A stretch of 64,000 nucleotides of DNA from Selaginella moellendorffii (lineage: Eukaryota > Plantae > Lycopodiophyta), in NCBI RefSeq assembly GCF_000143415.4, contig NW_003314280.1, positions 1,235,193 to 1,299,192 on the forward strand, written 5' to 3'. The stretch's first letter is position 1. Each line of letters starts with the position of its first letter. This document shows, piece after piece, positions 23,719 through 38,720 of this stretch. The notes under the pieces were generated by a model that worked only from the letters and a program-made list of their open reading frames with translations, was not told where the DNA came from and did not search any database. A program made the position numbers and the translations under genes.

Positions 23719-26700
23719 GGAGCTGGTGTTTCAGAAGTTGCGTGAACACAAACTGTATGCTAAGGAAAGTAAATGCGCTTTTGGTCAATTGCGCATAAAC
23801 TTTCTTAGACATATAGTTGGTGGTGGCGTGATTGAGGTCGATCTAAAGAAGGTGGAAGTGGTGAAATCCTGGGAAGTCCCGACCACTATATAAAATATTC
23901 ATTCCTTTCTCGGTTTGGCGGGATATTATTGCAAGTTTGTCTACAATTTTGCAAAAATTGCTCTTCCGTTGACTGAGTTGACGAAGAGTAGTATTCCATT
24001 TCATTGGACACCAGCTTGTCAGTGTGCTTTTGTATGGTTGAAGGAGATCTTGACTACAGTTCTTGTTCTTAGGATCCCAGATCTTGATAAACCCTTCGAA
24101 GTGCATTGTGATGCATCTGGTTATACTATTGGTGCCATATTGCAGCAAGATTGTGACAAAGTGGTTGGTATTACGCTAAGGTGATATGGTTGTCCCGTTG
24201 CGTTATATTCCAAGAAATTGGATGAAACTCAACGAAGATGGCCAACGCATGAGAAAGAAATGTTTGCTATAGTGTCAGCCCTAGAACACTGGAGACACTT
24301 ACTTGGGTGGACATACCAAGGTTTATACAAATAGTAACACACTAAACTACTTTGCTAAGCAGCTTAAGCTTATGCCAAAGCAAGATCATTGGCAAAAGAA
24401 GCTTGCTAGATATGACATTGAAATCATATATAAACTTGGTAAAGACAATATTGTCCCGGATGCATTGAGTCACCAAGCTCAGTTCCAGGCAATATCAGCA
24501 ATTAGTTCGGATTGGTTAGAGGACGTTCAGGCTTCATATGGAAGTGATCCATTGGCGAAGGCAATCTTATGCTGTGTGGGGTTGTTGAAGTAGGGCCTTG
24601 GTAGCGAAGCAACGAAAGTTGCTAATCGCACTAATGCGAAGCTTCACTTCTTAGTTCGGGATGGGCTTATATTCTACAAGCAAGAAAGATTGTATCTTCC
24701 CTCTAAGGATCTGCAGCAGTTGTTTCTGCAGGAACATTATGATGTTCCAGCAGCGGGACATGGTGGGAAGCAAAAGACTCTGGCTTCATTGAAAAAGGGA
24801 TTTTTCTGGTCTAGTATGGAAGGTGATGTAGCGGATTATTTCCGTTCCTGCCCTATATGCTAGCAATGTAAGCAGAACTGAGAAGCAGGCTGGAAAGTTG
24901 CAGTGCATTCCAGCACCGGCATGGCCATTTCAGAGTGTGACACTTGATTTCGTCACTTGCTTGCCGAAGTCTAAGAGTTATGATACTTTGATGGTGGTTG
25001 TGGATCGGTTGTCAAAAATTGCACACTTCATCCAATTGTGGGAACAGTAAATGCGAAACAAGCAGCAAAACTCTTTTTCCATGAAGTAGTGCGGGTTCGT
25101 GGTCTCTTGAAAAGATGATCTCAGATAGAGATTTGAGGTTTACGGGGAAGTTTTGGGAGACACTATTCCAATTGTTTGGTACCAAGTTAAAGTTTAGTAT
25201 GGCTTATCATCCTCAGACTGATGGGCAGACCGANNNNNNNNNNNNNNNNNNNNNNNNNNNNNNNNNNNNNNNNNNNNNNNNNNNNNNNNNNNNNNNNNNN
25301 NNNNNNNNNNNNNNNNNNNNNNNNNNNNNNNNNNNNNNNNNNNNNNNNNNNNNNNNNNNNNNNNNNNNNNNNNNNNNNNNNNNNNNNNNNNNNNNNNNNN
25401 NNNNNNNNNNNNNNNNNNNNNNNNNNNNNNNNNNNNNNNNNNNNNNNNNNNNNNNNNNNNNNNNNNNNNNNNNNNNNNNNNNNNNNNNNNNNNNNNNNNN
25501 NNNNNNNNNNNNNNNNNNNNNNNNNNNTCGATGTGATAAGGATCAGCATCGTCGGGATGTATCCTATCAAGTGGGAAATCAGGTGTGGCTATCTTCCCAG
25601 AATTTGAACATTAAGGGTTCTCTGTCTCGGAAGCTCTTGCCGAGATATGTTGAACCTTATCGGGTGTTGAAACACATTGGTGATGTATCCTATCGGTTGG
25701 ATCTTCCTACAGAGATGTCCCATGTTCATAATGTATTTCATGCCAATCTCTTGGCTCCTTACACTATGGATGTTGTGCAGTGCAAGAAGATTTGTCCGCC
25801 ACCAGATGTTGTGGAAGGTGAACCAGAATATGAAGTTGAAGCTATATTGGATGCTCAGTCTCGAAGACAGGCTCATGCAAAGGAATATCTCGTTAAATGG
25901 AAAGGTTACCCATCTTGTGAATCAACTTGGGAACCCCTTAGGAATCTTACCCATGCTCATGTGTTTGTCACGGAGTATGAGAATCATAATAAAGATTAGC
26001 TTTTGTAAAATTTGTAATAATCTTGCACATTAATAAATAATATATTTCTATAAATCAAAGTGTCATTTCTCTCGTTCATTAGTACTTGGGTCAGTTTTGG
26101 CAAGCTGACTTCGGCACTTCGGTGCATGGGTCCAATCCATAACCATGGGGATAACTATTATAGACTGATCACAAGTCCCCACCTTTCTCTCGATGCCTAA
26201 CTTTTGAACCGGGGTGTGGTCGTGTAAACAACTTAATCTACCAGTTTATAATAGTTGTCTAAATCTTCTTGCTCAGGGGCAATTGGGCCTCTGGCCTTCT
26301 CCCTATGTCCTTGCGGGCAGGGATGTATCATTCCTTTGTAAGCCAAGTGGTACTCGGAGCAGCCAGAGTGGTTAACTCCATTAGTCATTTCCTTGTCGGT
26401 GATGGCCGGAGGGTGTCTGAGTCTTAACGTCTTTGGACATAGAGGAGAGGTCGTTCCATAACTCATTTAAGTCAGTGTGTTTCTCACATAGTGTGCTTTC
26501 CGTTAACTTTCAGAGTTGTTTCCTTGACAGTTTGCTAGACTCGGGTATACATCGACAAGGATGTCGATCTTCCCCAAGGGGGGGAGAGTGTCGCGAATAT
26601 GACTTTGGGTATCGAAAGATACTTGTTGGCTAGTCCTTACGGACACTCTTTCCTTACTGTCATGACAGCAGGATGTCGGTACAGTTGGATCCCTTTAGTA

Positions 26701-27527
26701 GCCCTTCTTGTGCTAGTGGAGTTAATTGGGCATTTCGAGTGTACTTAGACTGGACGAGCATAAGGACGGAATTCCTACGTGCTATTAGCTTAGCCCGGTA
26801 AGGAGTTCCCATCTCGTTTTGTCTTGCACTTGTTAGTGACAAAAACCCTTGCGTATTGAGATTAATCCCTCAATATCACTGGATGATAGCTTACCATGTC
26901 TGCCAAACACCCTTGCTATCATGTCCTTTGTGTTGGTCTCATTTCGGTCCCAAATGCTATTTATGGAAGGAGTTCCCGTCTTGTTTTGTCTTGCGCTTGC
27001 TAGTGACAAACCGCCCTCACATATTGAGACTAGTCCCTCAATATCGATGGATGATAACTTCACTTANNNNNNNNNNNNNNNNNNNNNNNNNNNNNNNNNN
27101 NNNNNNNNNNNNNNNNNNNNNNNNNNNNNNNNNNNNNNNNNNNNNNNNNNNNNNNNNNNNNNNNNNTGTTTTCTTCAGAGGGGGGGGGGGGGGGGGGCTA
27201 TGGGGGGTTCCAAATCGTATAGTAGAGATAGTGGTTGGAATGCATGTTCGACCACCTGAGATATTAGTTTGGCTCCCATTGGGGCTGTGTCGCTCCTTGT
27301 TCTGTGTCCGACTTGGGTCTAAGCCCAAGCTCCACACTGCTCTAGTCGGTGGGGTACCTTCCTCCTTGCGTTAGGCCACTGGTATGTCAAAATTATGCCA
27401 GACTCTGTCTGACACCATTTTGCGTGCAAGTGCTGGATACGGGGAGCTGGTGCTCGTGGGATTGTACCGGACCTCGTTTCGTAGTGCAATGGGCTTGGAG
27501 TTCAGCTCTAAATTCAAGTGCGCTACA
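23716..27527 (+). mobile_element. Element B, 3' half: C-terminal RT, RNase H, integrase, chromodomain, ~0.6-kb 3' UTR, PPT, 3' LTR
   Basis: [63 protein letters not shown] 26576-26588; LTR 26589-27527 followed by AATAG. Confidence 0.92.
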
Positions 27528-30500
27528 AATAGGTATCTTAGTGATAAATGAATAAAGTGTGGAATTGTTATTAGGCTTTAGTGAGAGTGAAAATAAGATG
27601 AAAATTCTAATATTCTAGTGGTTGAATAGATGAATTTCCAAATTTCATTATAGTATTTTTTATAGTGCTTCAATAATTTTTTTAGGTCGAGGGGATTTGA
27701 TACTGCAATGTCATTTTGTATATAGATGCACTTGAAGATTCTTGAGACAAAGACCATAGCTTATCTTACAAATTATTTAGAAAATACAAAACCAACACTG
27801 TACAAATATATGTGGGTGGTGGATATAAATTGGACGGAGATGTACTATAGGATATTGACAAAAAAGTTCTTAGCCACGTTTAGAACAAAATATTCCTATG
27901 AATCATGTTAAAGATAAATTAGAGAATTATCAACTCCTACTTTTATTGTTGAACAATTGATTACTGCTTTAGTAAGCATTAAATTTGTAATGCATTAGCT
28001 TTACATGATCCAAGAAGGCTACAAAGTAGGCATATGTCACAAATTCATCGACAAATATACACCAATGAGCCATCTTATACACTATCCCATATAAATTATA
28101 ACTATTTTCTTCCTTGTCTTTTCTAACCATTATTTTTGTGTTTGTGTAGTATATTATAAATTTGTAGCTTATTGGTTTTACATCCATGCCATGATTTATG
28201 AGGCAATGCATTTTATTGTGGCTTGTGAGCTATCTACAGCCAAAGAGGCCCATGCTATTTTCAACACATATACATGGGCGGTACATCACTTTGGGAGGCC
28301 AAAATAAATAAAAAGCGATAATGCTTTAGAACACAATAGCATGGAGGCTAATATGATCCAGTGTTGGGATGTAAAAGCAAGAAATTTTATATGTGAAACA
28401 TCAATATAAAACCAGGTAGATAGTTTATATTTGCTTGAAATTTATGAGAGTATTTTTTTAAAGCACATCAAATATTTGTAGCAAAAATTGTATGAGTGAG
28501 TGGTATGCTTTTACAAGCATCTCTTTGAGTCTATAGAGGATATTAGTATTTTTTATGTAAACAATATATAGTATAAGCAAAGCTTACAAAGTGTACTTTT
28601 GCTTTATCTCTTAAAAGATATTGTTGCAATATAAAACTTAAAATAAGCTTTATCTCTTTAGATGTGGTGAATATTTAAAAGCATCTTACATCCTTACTAA
28701 TTTATTCCAATTGAACTTGAGTAAGATCAAGACTTTGTTTCGTTAAGCATTTTGGCATTGCTTAAATTATTTTCTTTTCTTCCAGAATAGTCCAAATCCT
28801 TCATAAAAAGATATTGAAGATTTTCCAGGAGAACTCATTTCTAATGTTGATGGAATAACTTTGGGATAGGTTAGTTTGCTTCAATTTGCATTTGTTTTTC
28901 AAAGCCATTTTTTGTAGAATGTCAATTTTGTAAGAGATTGAGCATTTATAATGCATTAGGAAGGCTTAAATTTAGATGAATAATATCTCCTTTATTTGGA
29001 TTTATCTGTAGAGTGTGTAATGGCTTAGCAAGGTTTAGATCTTGCAATGTACATCAACACTATGTTGCCAACTACAATTCTAATGAAGAGAAGAGCTTTA
29101 CAAACAGTATAGTTAGCTATTGTTTAAGGTTTAATAAGCACTGGTTTCATTCTCCTTATATTCAATACATTGTCTATAAAGTTTAAAATATTATAATTAA
29201 ACTTTATATCAAACACAGAACCAAATTCATATTAGTGACTTTTTATAGATACTAGAAGTTGAAAATTTAATAAGAATTTAATATAGCCTAAGACTATATT
29301 AAATTTAGGTCTAAATTTAGTGATTTATTATATATTTAAGAAGTAGAATAACTAGGGTTTTTCATTATATTATATTTTAATATTGGTTAATATTTTCCTA
29401 CTCTATAAATTCCAGGATTAAAATATAATTAATTTTAAATTTCAGATTATATCATAGTCAGTTACAAATTTTAGTGTGAAGAAAAATCATGTCAGATTTT
29501 AATTTTACAATTTTGATTCTCTTTTTTATTCTGAAATGGATTGCTAATCTTATTTTTTTGTTTCTGCATAGCCAAGAAGCTCTAGCCTATTGCATAAGAT
29601 GGAACTCACAATCAAGTTGATCCTCTTGAGCACACTTGGATCTTCTATGCTTGGATCATCTATGCTTAGATTTAGAACTTCTACAACGTCACTCAATGCA
29701 TACAAAGTTGGCATCGTGATTGCATTGAAAAGGAGCCTCCTTGGACTCCGCATGCCCACCTAAGCATGTCAACCATGTAGTATGATAGAGCAAGGTTGCT
29801 CTTACATTCGTGCCCAAATGGAGGAGATGAACAAGATCAAGGCATAGGAGTGGAGCTTTGGTCCTGTTTGCTCTGTGGCTTTGGTTTTGGAGTGACAAGC
29901 AGGATGAGGAGGAGCTGTGGGATCACAAGTGTGATGTACGATGGGCTGGGCTATGAGGTGTAGGAGTTTGACATTGCAAGAGCTACTGTTTGGAAAGCTT
30001 GAGCCCATAAGGATTGTTTTCAAGGATTTTGAGAATGCTTATGTGCTTTTTTACTACACTATAAGTCACTTGCTGATCACTCATTGATCACTTGCTGAAT
30101 CTCACTAATCACTTGTTGGAATGATCTTGGAAGTGATCACTTCTAGGAATGATGCCTCTTATTGTTATACCAACCTAGAACACAATGGTTTCATCTTGTC
30201 CTCCTCATGGTTTATAGTTTGTTCTTGGAATGTGTTGCTAGATGTGTTGTAGGTTAATGGTTAAAGGTGGCCAAGGATTTAGGGCAAGATTGGAAAAATG
30301 GATGTAGGCCATTTTTTTAATATTTGAACCCCTCTTTGGTTGTTTATAGTATTGTCTCCTTCATAATCTTGTCATTCTTCTTCAAAATATATGCAATCAT
30401 GAGCAACCATCCTCATTACACATGAAATAAAGTCATTCTGCAAGATTTGTTCTACTAGTGTCCTCTTAGTGTGCTGAAGCCATGGCCATCTCCATCACAC

Positions 30501-31112
30501 TTTGAGCACCAAGTACTAGTTTGCTACTGTTGTCACTAACAACTAAAACAGCCATGCTGGTGTCTATCTCTGCTCCTATTGTACTCACTTCGACATGCTA
30601 TAAGCTTTCAGTGCTCCAGATCCTTTGACTCTTCCCTACTAGACTCACAACATATTTCTATTGCTACCAAGTGTTTTCTCCTCCACTCTCAGATAGCCTC
30701 GTTTGCCATGCTTAGCAAATCCTTAAGCCTTGCTTGCTTGGTAAATATTGTGTGCTTCTAGTGCTATGCATAACACATTCACTTTCTCACATCTAGCCAC
30801 TCTATTATTGTGTGTTGCATAGTAAAAAATATCAAGGTAGAGGTCAAACTCTGCACCCATCTTATACACAAGGTATTGATGTGCAATGCCAAAGAAATCT
30901 TTAGTAAAAAAAGCTCATTTTTTACCTGAGTATCATGCATAGACTTTCCTAGTTTTCATGCTATTTTGGGGTCCTTGAGAAGTGCTATAATAGCCACTAT
31001 AAGCTTCTCATTCATCCACATGGTCTAGGGCCAAGCCATCATTATCAACTCCCCACTATGGTTCCTTTGACACAATTGAATGTGTCCTCCCTTTCTCTCA
31101 AGGGGAGAGGAA

Positions 31113-31532
31113 TGTGAATCTCCTTGTCTAGAAGTCCTTCCTCTTGAGAGTGGAGATGCCATTTTTCCTAAAAATAGGAGGAGGGATATTCCCAGAAGTG
31201 AGGTGGCATTCCAAAGTATGGAGACACTATAGCAAACAATTGACTAAACAAATAGCTACTAGAGACAAACAATTACAATAACAAACTTACACTCTCATAT
31301 TGGGAGTGGTTTCCTCTACTAACCCCTCATGATGCTCCTTATAGCATGATTACTTGGACACTCATCCACACCCCTCTTTATGCATCTTTCGATATTAGCC
31401 AAGAACTCTTAGATGTGTTAGTTGATCCCCTTGCTAACAACACCATCCCCTCCATGTTAGATTCTTAAGTGTTAGTATCCTCTACCACATGGCTAACCTT
31501 GAGTCCTCCTATGGATCAATATGGGCTGTTAT
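31113..31532 (+). repeat. Degenerate LTR preceded by a PPT-like tract
   Basis: aggggagaggaa then TG at 31113. Its 3' ~170 bp is homologous, in inverted orientation, to about 39776-39955. Confidence 0.5.
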
Positions 31533-32249
31533 AAATGTACTTTGTCTTGTAGGGCATTCATTGATAAAAGAATTCATTGTAGAATTGCAATACAAATGGA
31601 TGATTAATTACCTAATATAAAATATTTTGTCCTATACAATAGAAGGATTAATAGATTCCATGCAAAAATGGAGGTGTTAGTTCCCTTTGGCTCAATAAAG
31701 GTTGTTAGTCAATAAATTAAAAAAGGGGCATCACAAATCTCTATAATCTGAATGAGCAAAATTCTATAATGTTTTAAATATTTTTTAAAATATTTTAATT
31801 TTTTAAAAGTATTACTTAATTGGAATTATTTCAAAATGTGAGGTCCATGTGTATGGCTATGATGCCTTATACTAATATTAATATAGTGAGATTTTAGTAA
31901 CCGTTGGATTGATTTCAATTTGAACCACTCACTTTTATATATAAATTAGGGTTTTTGGGCTAATTGATATACACATTTTCTATATTCCCTTTCCATATTT
32001 CATGCACTCACATTAGTGGAAGTGAGAGGCACTTTTGGTTGTTCCTGAGGAGTGCTTAGATTTAGGATTTTGGTTTACATCTAACTCTTGCATTGTTTAG
32101 ATTTAGTTTTTTCCATTTCCTTTCTTTTGTTCTTTTCTTTCGGGATTTTGGTTTAGATCTAGCTTTTGCATTGTTTGGATCTCCCTTTCCTTCTAGCTTT
32201 TTTTCATTTCTTTTCTTTTTTGCTTTTTCTTTTTCATTCATCTTCATGG

Positions 32250-35200
32250 TAGAACAATAGTCTCCTCCTCCTTTGACTCTAGAGTAGCAGTTGGTGCAAT
32301 TGTTTGATGTTATATAATTGTAATTGAAAAATCAAACTCAGTTGATAGTAGCATTCATGAGACATAGTACAACTCCTTTTGCTCTTGGTGCCAATCCTTG
32401 TGTTCAACTAAAATTCTTTCATGGGAATCCTAAGGATGATGTGTACTATTGGTTTAATCACTTCACAATGATTGCCACATATCATTCTTGGGATGATACT
32501 CAACATTTACATGAGTTTTCCATGTGTCTCCAAGGGACAGTGTTGCAGTGATACAAATTGTTTGAGCGCAGCCACTCATGGGGATTGGAATATTCTCTTG
32601 GATGTTTTTAAATGCGCATTCAGACATACTGACGATTGTGATGATGCTTTTTAATAATTGCATCATTTTCATTAAGGGCCATTTGAGTTGGTGATGCAAT
32701 TTAACGTTTGTTTCTGAAGCCTTTTGCTTCGTGCGGAGCCAAATATGTTAGAGCAGATCAAGCTAGAAATGTTGTGGCTAACACTTCATCAAACTCTTGT
32801 ACGACTTATGCATGCACTTGCTCCACCCACCCTTGACGATGCCCTTCATTTGGCATAATATTATAAAATGTCGCCTCTTCCACTTTTTACTATACATCCT
32901 TCAACTCTACTTCATGTGGGAGATAGTCCTATTCCAATGGAAGTTGATGCTGCTGTTACTCAAGTTTGAGGATGTAGTCATAGGGCGTGTGATGAAGTTA
33001 GTCACACTTATTAGCGTTGTTGGTGTTTTCCGGATTGGCGGCCTCTATTTCTTGGGTGGAGATCTTGGCGTCAACGTCGTCCTGTTGGTGTTGCTACAAT
33101 GGAAGGTTTGGATACCGAGATGTATTCAAGAAATGAGGAGTTGTGCAAGTAATGGAGGGATATTGTGCAAATAAGTTAGTGATCCCTCCATCTTTCTTTT
33201 GGAGTATCATCAAAGGGTTCACTTGGCAACAATTCATCCAATGTTTACTTTCCAAGCTTATTTTTATAATAAAATATCTCATATTATTCTCTTTGTGTTG
33301 GTTGATACAAGTTCAAGTTTATCCTCTATTGCTCAATATATTGCCATACATTGCCATCTACATTTGCATTGTGCAATAGAACCAATTTTCATTTTTTATG
33401 GCAACGGCCGTATATATGCATATGCACGAAATGAGGCGGGTGAGTGTGGGCAATCTTGAGCTTGGGTTGCAGTCATTGCAACCTCATCCTTAGTATGGAT
33501 TGGTTGCAACATAATCATGCTAAGTATGACTTTGAGCCTTTTCCCCCTTGTCTCATACTTCCTTATATTTTATCCATTCCTCTCACTTCCATATCTCTTC
33601 GTCCTTCTGTTTTTATTTTTACTTCCATTACTTTTGTTCTCCATTAATTCCTTTTATATTTATGTTTTGTTCCACTCTTCTCTTTTCTGATCCCTTCAAT
33701 GGCCTTTGTGTTGCAGTAGTTGACCGCCTTATGAAGGAGTATGCTAATCTCTTTGAATTTGACCTATTGTTTGGGGCCAAAATTGCCACACGTCATCCGA
33801 TTCTAACCAGGGATGCTGGTTCAATCAAGGTTCTTATTTGTCGTTAGTCACCCAATGAGATCAAGATTTTATATGCAAATGTCAAAGAGATGTTAGAAAA
33901 GGATGTTATTCAAAAATCGCGAAGTCCTTGGGCATGTGAACCTCACCTTGTGATGAAGCTTGATGAGAATATTTGTTTTTACATTGACTATTATCCATTA
34001 AATGAAGTGATGATCTTGGATGTATACATCTTCCTCATATTGTTGATCTCTTGGATCGTCTAGGGAAAAATTGTTAGTTCACCAAGCTAAATCTTACTTA
34101 TGGATACTGGTAAGTATTGATGGCTGAAAAAAATATTCCTAATATTGTTTTTCGTACACCGTTTGGTTTGTATGAGTTCTTGGCGATGTTATTTGGTTTG
34201 AACAATGCTTTAGCAACTTTTCAATAGATGATAAATGAGGTCTTTTGCAATATGCCAGAGGTGACTGCTGACTTCATTGATGATGTCTTGATCCACTCGG
34301 AGGGGATATGGGAGGAACATGTCCGTGATATTCATAAAGTGTTGGATTAACTATGAAACATTGGTTTAAAGTTGAAGCAATCAAAGTGCATATTTAGGTC
34401 CAAGGACACAGTTTATCTTGGGTATTGTATTTCTCGTGAGGGTTTATGGCTATTCTAAAGTTCTCTACTCTAAAGTGTGTGAATAATGTCCAATACTTCC
34501 TGAGTACGATGCAGTATCTCAATCGTTTTATAGATCATCTTTCTAATTGCATTGCACTGTTCCAAGTGTTGCTGAAGTCATCAACATCATCTTTCATCTA
34601 ATTTGCAAATTGTGAGTGGGTGTTCATGGATCTCAAAGAGCTATTGATGACTCCTTTAGTTTTAGTATATTCTAACTACACTTGACCTTTCATTTTGTGC
34701 GTGGATGCTTTTGATATTAGTCTTAAAGATGTGTTGGTGCAAGAGAGCCTAAGTATGCCTGGTCAGCACCATCCCATTGCATATATAAGCTGTACATTAC
34801 AACCAATAGAGGTGAACTATTCCACGATAGAGAAGGAGCATTTAGTAGTAGTTTAGGGTTTCGAGAAACTTCATGCATATCTATATGGTTCTCGAACATT
34901 ACTAAAAGGTGATCATGCTACTGTTACTTCCTTATTAAAGTGGAAGAACCTAGTTAGTTGTTTTGTTTGGTGGGCTATGAAACTTTAGATATATGATTTT
35001 GATGTTGCTCATTGCCCGAGGAGTTCTATAGCTAATGCTGATGCTCTTTCTCAAACTTCTCTTCCTTCTTTTCTCTCTTTTCATATTTCTAACGAGCCTA
35101 TTGTTCCAGTATCTATGATTTTCTAGATGAGGATTTTGTGCCATCGGAAGTTGTTATACTTAATGTTCAGTGTCCACAATGTATAAAGCAAAATCTACCT

Positions 35201-36600
35201 TCACTTGATGAGGCTCGCGAGGCTCAAAAGATTGAGCCATGGATTTGAAAGCTTCAAGATGGGTTTGAGAATTTTGTATCACTTGCTAATGACTTGCCAT
35301 TTTGGCATTTACATTCTTAATATCACCTTGAAAACAGCCTTCTTTATTTTGTGGGGATGGATCATGATGATTATTTATGGCTGATGGTATTTTTAATCTT
35401 TATTCCACAGTTTCTCCATGTCTACCATGATTTTCCTGTTCTAAATGGGCATGTAGAATATCATTGTGTGACTGATAAGCTATGTAGATATTTCTATTGA
35501 CCAGAGATGCAATGTAATGTTATCTGGTATGTATAGCTATTTTTTGTGCCAAGCTTGTAATACTCCCCCTCATACTGCGAAAGAACAGTTGAAGTCAATT
35601 GCAACTTCCTATCCATTTGAGTTAGTGGCATTTGATCTTATAGAACCTTTTTCATGATTGATTGCTAGTAATGAGTATGTTATTATTGCTTCTAACTACT
35701 TTACTCGTTAGGTGGAAGTTGGTGCTCTTGCTAGCACCTCTCAAATTGCTGTTGGATACTTCCTCCTCAATCGAGTGGTGTTCCAGCATTCTTGTCTAGA
35801 GCAGATTTTTTTGGATAATGGTCCTATATTTATGGCTGAGGCATTTCATGTTTTGACGTCTCGGTTGGGGATACGCTACACTTTCACGAGTGCTTATCAT
35901 TTATAGTTAGATAGTTTGGTGGAATAGCTCATTTGGACATTCAAAGGAATGATTGTGAAGTACGTGAACTTTTAGCATTTGGATTGGGATGGTTATTTGC
36001 CATCTCTTCGGTATGCATATGTCATAGGGGTGTAGGGTTGTCATATGTCTGTTGGTGCTTCACCATATAAACCCCTATGATCATGATCTAATATTACCAA
36101 CAGAGTTGGGTTTACCTTTGTGATTGCTATAAACTATTGATGCTAGGTCGTGGGATCAGTCTTTGATAAGCATTCTTCCACTTGTCTGAATAGAGTTTGC
36201 CGAACATCTAAACCACATACAAGTAAACAATAATGGTGTTACAATTCCCATCATCATCCATCTACATAGTACAAAATGAATGGCTTAATGTTAGTCTGTT
36301 TTCCTCACCTTATAGTATGTGATTTATCTAAGAGGCTCTTTGCTTAGTGGAAAAGACTGTATCGGGTGTTGTGGCAAGTTAGACTACAAATTTATGAGGT
36401 TTGGCATGACGTTTAGTAGGCCGATTCTTTAGAAATTATGCATGTGCAGCAATTAAAACACTTCGTACAAAGGGATCAGGAACAATTGGTACCACGTACA
36501 AATCTATTGATACCTCCTCCTAATATAATTCCAAATCCTAGCCTATTTATGAGAGAACCATGATAGTCTTCCATTATTCCGAGAGGGGATGATGTGAAGT
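32250..36600 (+). mobile_element. Heavily decayed Ty3/gypsy element (gag, protease, RT, RNase H, integrase)
   Basis: FHGNPKDDVYYWF, LVDTSSS, FRTPFGLYEFLAMLFGL, FIDDVLIHS, CVDAFDI, LDNGPIF..FTSAYH. PPT-like gagaggggatga at 36581. Confidence 0.8.
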
Positions 36601-37379
36601 CAAAGTGTACAGCTATATAATGTCTTTAGGTTTGAGTAGGGTGAATCCAAATTCAAAACCTTACACACACATCTTTAAACTTAAACATGCACCTGAATCC
36701 TCATCTACCAAAGGTGGAAAGATAGGCTACTTATGTAAGGTGGTGTAGACAGTGTTTGACTGGGAGGCTGCTTAATCCTCTAGCATCTACCAAAGGTGGA
36801 TGCGGCTATCAAGAGGGCAATAAGTAAGCTTTTGCAATGAGACAGAGCAACTGAAGATGAAGTCCTCTATATTTGGAAGACCCCAGAAAAAAAAGGTATG
36901 GCACACCAACCATACAAGGCTTATGTGGTGAAGGGAGATAATATTATCCTCCTGGCCTTCTCGCAAGTAGTTCTAGATACGAGGATGAGAGTGGCAGTGA
37001 TCTGCTCTATCGTACATGGAGGTCACAACAAACAACACAGTCAGGTCATACATGGAGGTCATGGCAAACAACAAAGCCAGGAGGCAGGGCCTGTTTGCTG
37101 CAAGTGGGATGCCGGAGCACGCCAAGTGCACAAGGTGCTAATAGCCAACGTCTCGCCCTATGCTGTCTAAAACCACAGAGGTGAACATTTGGTGTTGCTG
37201 CACTGTGAGAGGATAGCATCAATCACCAACATTCCTCACCTGTGCAAGCTCTCCAGCATCAGCCTGGCAAAGACTTGGGAAGTATGTGTATCTACTATCA
37301 AGTTTGGTGATGAGGCACTGAAGGTACTCTCAATGCGACAAGGAATTTCTGACCTAGGTGAAGTCACAGCTACAGCTTG

Positions 37380-38720
37380 GCCCGTGCTTAGCAGGAGCCA
37401 GGATAGAGAATGAGCTCAATGAATTGCTTCTTCGATACTGGCACATTTCCAGCATGAAGGCCAACAACATTGGCAAAACGGACATAATACAACACAGAAT
37501 CCACACAATAGCTGAGCATCCTATCAAGCAACATCCTTACCGAGAATCTCCAAAACAGAGAAGGGTGCTATGACTATCTGAGGAGCTGCAGAAGATTCTT
37601 GATGCAGTTGTGGAGCCGTCAACCTCTCCATGGGCATCATCAGTTGTGATGGAGGCAAAGAAAGATGGGAGCATGAGATTCTGCGTTGATTACCAAAACT
37701 TGAACGCAGTGACAAAGAGAAACGTGTATGGGTAGATGACACACTTGACCAGCTCGTAGGTGCAAGAGTTTCAGCTCGTTAGATCTAGCATCGGGTTTTT
37801 GACAAGTTCCAGTATGTGAAGAAGACCAAGAGAAGATGGCATTCATCTGCAGGGATGGACTATTCCAGTTCAACATGATGCCATTTGGTTTATGTAATGC
37901 AAGCACCACATTCCAGTGTCTCATTGATAAAGTACTTGGGAGCCTGAGATGGGAATGTGCCTTGGTATACAGTGATGATGTCAATGTATACTCCAAGGAT
38001 GCTAGATCAGATCTCTTGGATATCAGCAGAGTCTTGTCAAGGATGGAGGCAACAGGCCTAAAAGTCAAGCCCAGGAAATGCCACCTCTTCATGGAAAGTT
38101 TTGGCCACATGGTCTCAGCAGCTGAGGTAACTCCAGATCCAGCTAAGGTAGCAGCTATTAAAGAATTCCCCAATCCTGGGAAGGAATAGGTGAGTGCTTG
38201 AGTTTAGTCAGTGGAAGGTAAAAGTGTGGCTGGATATTATCGCAGATTCATATATAAGTCTGCAGAGGTGGCACGAAGTTGCTCAAGCAGGTGGTGCCTT
38301 GGTGCTGGGGAAAGAGCAGAAAATGGCATTCGACCAAATGAAGGATCTCCTGTGCACTTGGCATACCCAAACTTCAGGTACAATATAGTGAATCAAGTTA
38401 GATATTTTACTAAGTGCCACAATATTTCAGGTGTGATGCTTCAAAGACAGCCATATCAGCTGTCCTATCTCAGGCTGGGTAAGATGGGTGAGACAGGCCT
38501 ATTGCATTTTACATTAGGAAGCTAGACATAGCAAAACACAATTACAACATATCAGAGGTGGAGTGTTTGGCAATAATGCAAGGTTTGAAGCACTTCTGTA
38601 CATACTTGCATGGATCCAAGACCATCATACAGACTGATCACTAAGCTCTGAGGGCCTTGACCAATTCCTCAAATCTATCGGGCAGGCTACAATGCTGGTT
38701 TGTTCAGCTAGACACTTGAT
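37380..38720 (+). mobile_element. Decayed Ty3/gypsy RT-RNase H fragment (another family)
   Basis: [57 protein letters not shown]. Confidence 0.8.

Noticed and set aside
25187-25607. ORFs spanning N runs (also near 27.1, 52.5 and 56.9 kb)
   Set aside because: Artefacts of assembly gaps.
27900-29300. Possible integrase remnant (HFGRPK*IKSDNA at about 28290)
   Set aside because: One short motif in AT-rich DNA with no supporting domains.
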